Assembly: GCA_033763905.1 (NCBI GenBank)
Contig: JANRJP010000080.1
Location: 1 to 12,015 of the forward strand
Length of the DNA: 12,015 nucleotides
Direction: 5' to 3'
Source of the DNA: Gemmatimonadaceae bacterium
Lineage (GTDB): Bacteria; Gemmatimonadota; Gemmatimonadetes; Gemmatimonadales; Gemmatimonadaceae
Shown here: positions 5,876 through 12,015 of the stretch, one piece after another
How the letters are laid out: each line of letters starts with the position of its first letter
Position numbering within the stretch: the first letter of the stretch is position 1
The notes under the pieces: generated by a model
What the model was told of the DNA's origin: nothing
The model's database searches: none
Seen by the model: only the letters and a program-made list of their open reading frames with translations
Translations under genes and position numbers: made by a program

Positions 5876-7731
5876 TTGCACGACCCGCGCGGCGACGCGC
5901 GCTTGCCTGTCTCGCGCTCGTGTGCGGCCTCGGCCTTCCGGTCGGGGCCGTTGCGCGTGCGCAGACGGCACCGCCCCCCGACGCCGCGGCGGCCAAGGCG
6001 CGCGATACCACGGCTGCTGCTCGCGACACGACGGCGAAAGCAAAGCCGAAGGCCGACACCCTGATGTCGCCCTTCGCCCGAGCGGAATTGCCCGCGTCCA
6101 CCGACGTGGGGCCGTCGTATCGCTGGAATCGCGACCAGATCGCATCGACAGGGGCGATCTCGCTCGGTGAACTGCTCGACCGCATTCCAGGACTCACGAC
6201 CATTCGCACCGGGTGGATCACCGACATTCAGCACACCACGGTGGCCGGTGCCTTCGGCCGTGTGCGCGTGTTCATCGACGGGATCGAGTTGGACGCCCTC
6301 GACACCGAGAGCGGCGGGGTCCTCAACGTGGGGCCGCTGCAGCTGTGGCCCTACGAAGAAGTCGTGGTGGAACGCGTGGGGGCGGAGGCGCGGGTGCACC
6401 TGCGCACCTGGCGGGAGCGCCGGACCAACCCGCTCACGCGCATCGACGTGCTGACCGGCGACCGAGAAGGCAACGTGTTCCGGGGCACCTACGCGCGTCG
6501 CTGGTCGAACGGCGCGGGGCTGCAGGCCGTGTTCTCGAACGCCAGCACCCGCGATGTCCGCGGTACGAGCGGCGGCGACGGATCGGTCGTCGGGCTGCTG
6601 CTGCGCGGCGGCTGGGCCCGCGGCAACTGGAGCGTCGATGCCTTTGCGCACCGCTACGGCAACGAGCGCCGCGGTGCTCGGCGCGCCCGGGGGCTCGACA
6701 CCACGCAGACCGACCGCCCGCAGCAGACGATCGGGTATCTGCGCGTCGGGTACCGTGACCCCGACGCGGCCGGCGTGTGGGGGCAACTCGTGGCCGGCAC
6801 GCTCGACTTCCGTGAGACCCCGCAGGGCTCAAGCCTCAACCGCATCACGTCCACGACCACCGACACCAATCGCGCGGTGCTTCGTCGGGCGTCGCAGGCA
6901 CAGTACGTGCTTACCACCGGTTGGAACCACGCCGGCCTGCAGACCTCGCTCGCCGCGCGCGTGCGTGCGCAGGATGGCGAGCAAACCGTCTCGCCCGTGG
7001 CGCGCGCGTCGTACACCCGCGGCTGGGTAAGCAGCGCGCTGTGGGCGGAGCGATCGCGCCCCGATTCCGCCTCGCGCGTGGATGCGTCGGTGCAGCTGGT
7101 GCCGTTTGAGCGGCTCACCTTCGTCGGGGCAGCGTCTCGTGTAACGCGCAGCAGCGGCGGCACCGATTTGCGCTCGAGTGGGCTTCGCGCCGAGGCCGCG
7201 GTGCGGCTGCGGGGCGCGCTGTGGTTGGGCGGCGGCGTCATTCGTCGCGATACCACGGTGTCACTTGGGCCGGCCACGCTGGATACCGGCTACGCCGCCC
7301 CTATTGCGCTGCGCCCGGCCACCGGTACGCTGGCCACACTGCGCGGGGATGTGTTCCGCGACATCAAGATCGACGCGTGGATGATCGCGTGGCGCGACGC
7401 CCAGAATCAGTTCTACCTGCCCAAGGTGCAGGCGCGGACGCAGCTGTACGTCCAGAGTGACTGGCGCACGAGGTTCCCCAAGGGGCAGTTCAGCTTCCTC
7501 GGGGCCATCATCCACGAGTACCGCGATCCGTTGCGCTTTGCGTCGTCGGCGGGGGTACAGGAGACGGCCATCAACCGGAACCTCAGCACGCTGATGGAGA
7601 TTCGCATCCTGAGCGCGACATTGTCGTGGCGCTTCTCGAATATCCTGCAGCTCGATTACGACCAGGCGCCGGGCTACGTGTTGCCGCGCGCGGTGAACCT
7701 GTACGGCGTTCGCTGGGAGTTCCGGGGCTAG
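5872..7731 (+). CDS. Outer-membrane beta-barrel protein with TonB-dependent receptor-like plug domain
   Basis: Signal peptide (L)IARPARRRALACLALVCGLGLPVGAVARA-Q. Plug-like motifs RDQIASTGAISLGELLDRIPG and VFIDGIEL. Amphipathic beta-strands, and a C-terminal YGVRWEF resembling a beta-signal. The start is inferred at CTG 5872 (or ATT 5875), not at 5614. Confidence 0.7.
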   Translation: MIARPARRRALACLALVCGLGLPVGAVARAQTAPPPDAAAAKARDTTAAARDTTAKAKPKADTLMSPFARAELPASTDVGPSYRWNRDQIASTGAISLGELLDRIPGLTTIRTGWITDIQHTTVAGAFGRVRVFIDGIELDALDTESGGVLNVGPLQLWPYEEVVVERVGAEARVHLRTWRERRTNPLTRIDVLTGDREGNVFRGTYARRWSNGAGLQAVFSNASTRDVRGTSGGDGSVVGLLLRGGWARGNWSVDAFAHRYGNERRGARRARGLDTTQTDRPQQTIGYLRVGYRDPDAAGVWGQLVAGTLDFRETPQGSSLNRITSTTTDTNRAVLRRASQAQYVLTTGWNHAGLQTSLAARVRAQDGEQTVSPVARASYTRGWVSSALWAERSRPDSASRVDASVQLVPFERLTFVGAASRVTRSSGGTDLRSSGLRAEAAVRLRGALWLGGGVIRRDTTVSLGPATLDTGYAAPIALRPATGTLATLRGDVFRDIKIDAWMIAWRDAQNQFYLPKVQARTQLYVQSDWRTRFPKGQFSFLGAIIHEYRDPLRFASSAGVQETAINRNLSTLMEIRILSATLSWRFSNILQLDYDQAPGYVLPRAVNLYGVRWEFRG

Positions 7732-7733
7732 CG

Positions 7734-7752
7734 GGGGCGGTTCGGCCGCCCC
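7734..7752 (+). other. GC-rich hairpin directly after the outer-membrane gene stop
   Basis: GGGGCGG-TTCGG-CCGCCCC with no following U-tract; possible 3' stabiliser or weak terminator. Confidence 0.4.
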
Positions 7753-7834
7753 ACCGGGGCAGCGTCTGGGCGCCGCGCAAGGCCTCGGAGCACTATCGGA
7801 AAGCCTTGAGAGACAGTAACTTAGCCGGTTCGAT

Positions 7835-8716
7835 ATGATTCGTTCGATGACCGGTTTCGGATCGGCCGAAGGGCCCGTTGGAGGAACGACCGTTGGGGTC
7901 GAACTCCGGACGGTGAACCATCGGTTCTTCAATCCGAATCTCAAGCTCCCCGGGCGCTTTGCCCGCTTCGAAGCCGACGTCCGCGAGGCGCTGCGCAAGC
8001 GCGTCGCGCGAGGGCACATCGCGTGCACAGTCCGCATCGTGCGCGACGGCGAATCGATGCCCGTGCGCATCGACGCCGAACGGTTCGGCGCGTTCGTGGC
8101 CCAATTGCGGGAGCTGCAGCGCGCGCACGGCCTGGTCGGTGACGTCGATGTGGCCACCGTCGCCCGAATGCCGGGCCTGATCGTGGACGCGGGCGCCGAG
8201 GACGAAGACGCCGGCACGGTCGAAGAAATGTTGGCTGTCGTGGAGGCCGCCATCACGGCGCTCAACGAGATGCGGGCGCAGGAAGGGGCGCGGCTGGCCA
8301 CGGTGCTCCACGAGCGGCTCGGATTGATGGAAACCGCGATGGCGCGCGTGGCCGCACGCGCCCCCGAGCGGCTGGTGGCGCAACGCGACCGGCTCCGCGC
8401 CTCGGTGCAGGAGCTGGCTGGCGGCGTTGCCGTGTCCGAAGATCGGCTCGCGCAGGAGATTGCCGTGCTCGCCGACCGGCTCGATGTGCACGAGGAGCTT
8501 GATCGCTTCCGCTCGCACCTCACGGCATTCCGCGATGCGCTCAACGACACCAGCGGTGAAGCGGTCGGCAAGCGGTTGGGCTTCCTGGTGCAGGAGCTGC
8601 TGCGCGAAGCCAACACCACGGGATCCAAGGCCAACGACGCGGCGATTGCGCGCGAGGTCATCACCGTGAAGGAAGAGCTCGAGCGCGTGCGCGAGCAGGT
8701 CGAGAACCTCGAATGA
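7835..8716 (+). CDS. yicC: YicC/YloC family endoribonuclease
   Basis: N-terminal MIRSMTGFG, ELRTVNHRF, DVHEELDRFRSH, GKRLGFLVQELLREANTTGSK, and C-terminal REQVENLE. Located next to gmk. Confidence 0.95.
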   Translation: MIRSMTGFGSAEGPVGGTTVGVELRTVNHRFFNPNLKLPGRFARFEADVREALRKRVARGHIACTVRIVRDGESMPVRIDAERFGAFVAQLRELQRAHGLVGDVDVATVARMPGLIVDAGAEDEDAGTVEEMLAVVEAAITALNEMRAQEGARLATVLHERLGLMETAMARVAARAPERLVAQRDRLRASVQELAGGVAVSEDRLAQEIAVLADRLDVHEELDRFRSHLTAFRDALNDTSGEAVGKRLGFLVQELLREANTTGSKANDAAIAREVITVKEELERVREQVENLE

Positions 8717-9357
8717 CGCCGTTCCCGCTCGTCCTGTCGTCACCGTCCGGCGGTGGCAAGACCACCGTCGCGCGTGCGTTGCTGTCGCGCCGCCGCGATG
8801 TCGGCTACTCGGTGTCGTGCACCACGCGCGCCCCTCGAAGCGGCGAAATCGACGGCGAGTCGTATCACTTTCTGTCGCCCGCGCAGTTCGACGAGAAGCT
8901 GGCCCAAGGTGCCTTTGCCGAGTGGGCCGACGTGCACGGTCGGCGCTACGGCACGCTCAAGTCCGAACTGCAGCGGGTGATGGACGGCGGTCGGCACGTC
9001 ATTCTGGACATCGACGTGCAGGGGGCCGAGCAGATCGCCCGCAGCTTCCCCGACGCCGTGCTGGTCTTCTTGTTGCCACCCTCCGCCGAAACCTTGGTGG
9101 GGCGGCTGACCGGCCGCGCCACGGAAGACCGCGAGGCCGTCACCCGCCGGATGCGGAACGCCCTCGACGAACTCCGGCACGTTTCGAAGTACCATTATGT
9201 GGTCGTCAACGACGACCTTGAGCACACGATCCAGCGCGTGAGCTCGATTCTCGACGCCGAGGTGGTGCGCCATCACCGCGTCGTCGCGCTGGAAGACCAG
9301 CTCGTGCAGTTGATCCACCAATTGGAACAGCACCTTCACACGTTCGCCCACTCCTGA
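8713..9357 (+). CDS. gmk: Guanylate kinase
   Basis: P-loop SSPSGGGKTT, SCTTRAPRSGEIDGESYHF, YGT and LDIDVQG. ATGA overlap with yicC. Confidence 0.97.
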   Translation: MTPFPLVLSSPSGGGKTTVARALLSRRRDVGYSVSCTTRAPRSGEIDGESYHFLSPAQFDEKLAQGAFAEWADVHGRRYGTLKSELQRVMDGGRHVILDIDVQGAEQIARSFPDAVLVFLLPPSAETLVGRLTGRATEDREAVTRRMRNALDELRHVSKYHYVVVNDDLEHTIQRVSSILDAEVVRHHRVVALEDQLVQLIHQLEQHLHTFAHS

Positions 9358-9364
9358 GGTTCCG

Positions 9365-9574
9365 ATGCAGGTTTTCACTCCCGCCGACGTCACGACGCAC
9401 ACCGCCAACAAGTACCTCGGCGTGCTCATCGCTGCGAAGTTCTCGCGGCTCCTCAACGAGTTCCCCCGCGATCGCGCCGCGAAGGAGAAGAAGCTCACCA
9501 CCCGCTCGCTCGAAGAGCTGACCGACGGCCGCGTCGAGTACAAGGTCGTCCCGAAGAAGCGTCCGACCGAGTAA
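9365..9574 (+). CDS. rpoZ: DNA-directed RNA polymerase subunit omega
   Basis: 69 aa with NKYLGVLIAAK and K.TT.SLEEL..G. GAGG RBS. Canonical position between gmk and coaBC. Confidence 0.88.
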   Translation: MQVFTPADVTTHTANKYLGVLIAAKFSRLLNEFPRDRAAKEKKLTTRSLEELTDGRVEYKVVPKKRPTE

Positions 9575-9625
9575 TTCGCCTGCGCGCGACGGCACCGCGC
9601 TGGTGCCGCTCGCCCGCACGATCCG

Positions 9626-10834
9626 ATGGCACGAGTTCTCCTCGGCGTCACCGGCGGCATCGCCAGCTACAAGAGCGTCTGGCTGGCGCGGTTGCTGACG
9701 CAGGCGGGGCACGAGGTGGACGTCGTCCTCTCGCGCGCCGCCCGTGAGTTCGTGGGGGCCATCACCTTCGAGGCCGTCACGGGGCGGCCCGTGCACACCG
9801 CGTTGCTCGATGCCGGGCACGCACTCGACCACATCAAGCTGGCGCGCCGTGCCGAGGTCATCGTCGTCGCGCCGGCGACCGCGGAGTTTCTTGCCAAGGC
9901 GGCCGGTGGGCACGCCGACGACCTCCTGAGTGCGATTCTGCTCGCGGCGTCGTGTCCGGTGCTCGTGGTACCCGCAATGAACGACCGGATGTGGGCGCAT
10001 CCACAGGTCACGGCCAACGCGGCGCATTTGCGCGGGCTGGGCATCCACCTGCTCGAACCGGCCATCGGCCCATTGGCGCAGGGCGAAGGCAGCGGCGCCG
10101 GCCGGCTGCCCGAGCCCGAGACCATCGTCGCGCACGTGTTACGCCTGCTGGCGCCCGATTCGCCGCTCAAGGGCGCCCGCATCGTGGTGACGGCTGGCCC
10201 GACGCGCGAGCCGGTGGATCCGGTGCGGTTCATCAGCAATCACTCGAGCGGGAAGATGGGTGTGGCGCTGGCCGAGGCCGCTTGGCAACGCGGCGCTGTC
10301 GTACGGCTCATTGCCGGGCCGCTCGAAGCCACGCCCGGTGACTGGTTGGATGTCGAGTACGTCGAACGCACCGACGAGATGGCCGCGAGTGTCCGGCGCG
10401 CTCTGGCCGATGCCGACGTGCTGGTGATGGCCGCCGCGCCGGCCGACTTCCGCGCGGCCGATCCCGCGCCGCAGAAGATCAAGAAGGGCGCCGCGCCCGC
10501 GCCGATCGCGCTCGCGCCGACGCCCGACATTCTGTCCACGACCCGCGATGCGCGGCGCCCGAGCGCGGTCATCGTGGGCTTTGCCCTCGAGACGGAGCAG
10601 GTCGTCGAGCGCGCGCGCGGCAAGCTTGCCGCCAAGGGACTGGACCTGGTGGTCGCCAACGACGCCACCGAGGCGGGGGCGGGGTTCGGCCACGACACCA
10701 ACCGTGTCACGCTGGTGAGTGCCGCAGGGGACGAACCATTGCCACTACTGAGCAAGCGCGAGGTGGCCGAGCGGATTCTCGATCGCGTGACCGCGATGCT
10801 GGCCGAGCGCGGTGGCGCAGGGGCGAGCGCGTGA
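9626..10834 (+). CDS. coaBC: Bifunctional phosphopantothenoylcysteine decarboxylase / phosphopantothenate-cysteine ligase
   Basis: Motifs GVTGGIASYK, HIKLA, APATA, PAMN, TAGPTREPVDPVRFISNHSSGKMG, GFALET and VVAND. Confidence 0.96.
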   Translation: MARVLLGVTGGIASYKSVWLARLLTQAGHEVDVVLSRAAREFVGAITFEAVTGRPVHTALLDAGHALDHIKLARRAEVIVVAPATAEFLAKAAGGHADDLLSAILLAASCPVLVVPAMNDRMWAHPQVTANAAHLRGLGIHLLEPAIGPLAQGEGSGAGRLPEPETIVAHVLRLLAPDSPLKGARIVVTAGPTREPVDPVRFISNHSSGKMGVALAEAAWQRGAVVRLIAGPLEATPGDWLDVEYVERTDEMAASVRRALADADVLVMAAAPADFRAADPAPQKIKKGAAPAPIALAPTPDILSTTRDARRPSAVIVGFALETEQVVERARGKLAAKGLDLVVANDATEAGAGFGHDTNRVTLVSAAGDEPLPLLSKREVAERILDRVTAMLAERGGAGASA

Positions 10835-11949
10835 GCGATCCACGCGAGTTGTTGCGTCGGTACTTGGAGCAGCGTCGGGATCTGGGCGAAACCGATCTTG
10901 CGCTGGACCAGCTCGACGTGGCAGAAGCGATGCGGCTGATCACGGGAAGCGCCGGATCCGCATCGTCGTCGGCCTCGGTGGATCGCGCAGCGTCGCCGGA
11001 CCGTGCGGCCCCGCGGAGCGCACCGTCGTCGCCACGCGCTGCGCCGGACCTGCCGGAAACAGCCGACTGGCGCGCCGCGCTGTCGGCGAGTGGGCTGGCA
11101 CCGGGGCGGGGCAGCGGTACCGGGCCAACCGACGCGCCACGTGCGTCGTCGCCGCCGCCCGCAGCGGCATCTGCCGCGACACCGCCCCAGACGCCGCCTG
11201 AGTCACCGCCCGCCGAGGCGACTCCCGTGAAGGTGGACCGGCGAATGGCCTTCGCCGAGCCCACGCCAAGCGCTGAATCCGAGTCCGCCAGCGCACTGCT
11301 GACGGGCGATGGCCAGGCGAACTTTGGCGCGGACGGACTCGTGGTGGGCCAGCGCGGCAGCGAGATCTTCTCGCCCGAGTTGGCCGCCGCGGCGTCCATT
11401 GAAGCGATCGCGCAGCTCGTCGCGCGATGCGCAGGCTGCGAGCTGACCAAGACGAAGACGCGCGACGTCGTTGGCGAGGGGGATCCCAACGCCGACTTCG
11501 TGGTGGTCGGCGAAGCGCCGGGCGAAGAAGAGGACAAGACCGGCCGCCCGTTCGTCGGAGCGTCGGGCCAGTTGCTGACCAAGATTCTCGCGGCCATCCA
11601 ACTGCCGCGGGAGCAGGTCTATATCTGCAACGTGCTGAAGCACCGCCCGCCGGGCAACCGCAATCCGAGTCCGGCGGAGGTGGCGGCCTGTTCGCCCTTC
11701 TTGCTACGACAGCTCGAACTCGTCAAGCCCAAAGTGATCCTCGCCTTGGGCACATTTGCCGCCCAAACGCTCCTGCGCACGAAGGAACCGATCGGTAAAT
11801 TGCGCGGGCGGGTCCACCGCTACTACGGCATTCCGCTCGTGGTGACCTATCATCCCGCCGCCCTCCTTCGGAATCCGAACTGGAAGCGGCCAACGTGGGA
11901 CGATGTCCAGCTCGCTCGCCGAATTCTCGACCGCGCGACCAGCGCGTGA
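10831..11949 (+). CDS. Uracil-DNA glycosylase, family 4, with long low-complexity N-terminal extension
   Basis: CAGC, motif A GEAPG, GRPFVGASGQLL, NVLKHRPPGNRNP..E...C and motif B TYHPAALLR. GTGA overlap with coaBC. Confidence 0.92.
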   Translation: MSDPRELLRRYLEQRRDLGETDLALDQLDVAEAMRLITGSAGSASSSASVDRAASPDRAAPRSAPSSPRAAPDLPETADWRAALSASGLAPGRGSGTGPTDAPRASSPPPAAASAATPPQTPPESPPAEATPVKVDRRMAFAEPTPSAESESASALLTGDGQANFGADGLVVGQRGSEIFSPELAAAASIEAIAQLVARCAGCELTKTKTRDVVGEGDPNADFVVVGEAPGEEEDKTGRPFVGASGQLLTKILAAIQLPREQVYICNVLKHRPPGNRNPSPAEVAACSPFLLRQLELVKPKVILALGTFAAQTLLRTKEPIGKLRGRVHRYYGIPLVVTYHPAALLRNPNWKRPTWDDVQLARRILDRATSA

Positions 11950-12015
11950 TCCGTACAAGGAACGGCAGGCTCCGTGGTCGGAAGACGCGGAGCAGGCCGT
12001 GCTGTCGGCGATGCT
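11903..12015 (+). CDS. dnaB: Replicative DNA helicase, 5' end only
   Basis: The ATG at 11903 opens MSSSLAEFSTARPARDPYKERQAPWSEDAEQAVLSAML. The 'R..P.S..AEQAVL.AML' pattern matches the DnaB N-terminus. The gene runs off the window end. Confidence 0.8.
   Translation, partial: MSSSLAEFSTARPARDPYKERQAPWSEDAEQAVLSAM

Noticed and set aside
7806..7834. yicC promoter (TAACTT at 7817-7822)
   Set aside because: It is a plausible -10 box, but no matching -35 lies at the proper spacing, so it is too weak to call.
7261..8743. Long antisense ORFs (467 aa and 316 aa; similarly 3935-5014, 5572-6786, 8740-9660, 9206-10135, 10707-11597)
   Set aside because: These are shadow frames opposite well-supported genes, expected in high-GC DNA with few stop codons.
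10831..11949. UdgX (covalent uracil-binding) assignment
   Set aside because: The His ligand is present, but the KRRIH R-loop and GEQPG motif are absent, so it is kept as family 4.
1..12015. CRISPR array, tRNA/rRNA, IS element or integrase
   Set aside because: No regularly spaced repeats, cloverleaf signatures, terminal inverted repeats or recombinase/transposase motifs were seen by eye.

Overview
GC-rich bacterial chromosomal window. Gene content, order and protein style suggest Gemmatimonadota (inference). All supported genes lie on the + strand: the 3' end of a CitE/malyl-CoA lyase-family gene, a D-2-hydroxyacid (glyoxylate/hydroxypyruvate) reductase, an accessory islet, pepA, a TonB-plug-type outer-membrane protein, the conserved yicC-gmk-rpoZ-coaBC cluster, a family-4 uracil-DNA glycosylase and the start of dnaB. 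The standout is a ~3.1 kb lower-GC islet (~1130-4270). It encodes a predicted lipoprotein gluzincin-like HEXXH metallopeptidase followed by two tandem paralogous small lipoproteins that each keep a cysteine pair. It is preceded by a perfect AT-rich palindrome and flanked by a 6-bp direct repeat. This could be an undescribed protease plus inhibitor/immunity/partner module, which is a hypothesis and was not checked against any database. Smaller oddities: a probable CTG/ATT start for the outer-membrane gene, a Cys3His-type Fe-S ligand set in the UDG, a CoaC clamp lacking the usual Cys, and a 47-nt UDG/dnaB overlap. No tRNA, rRNA, CRISPR array, transposase or integrase was seen.
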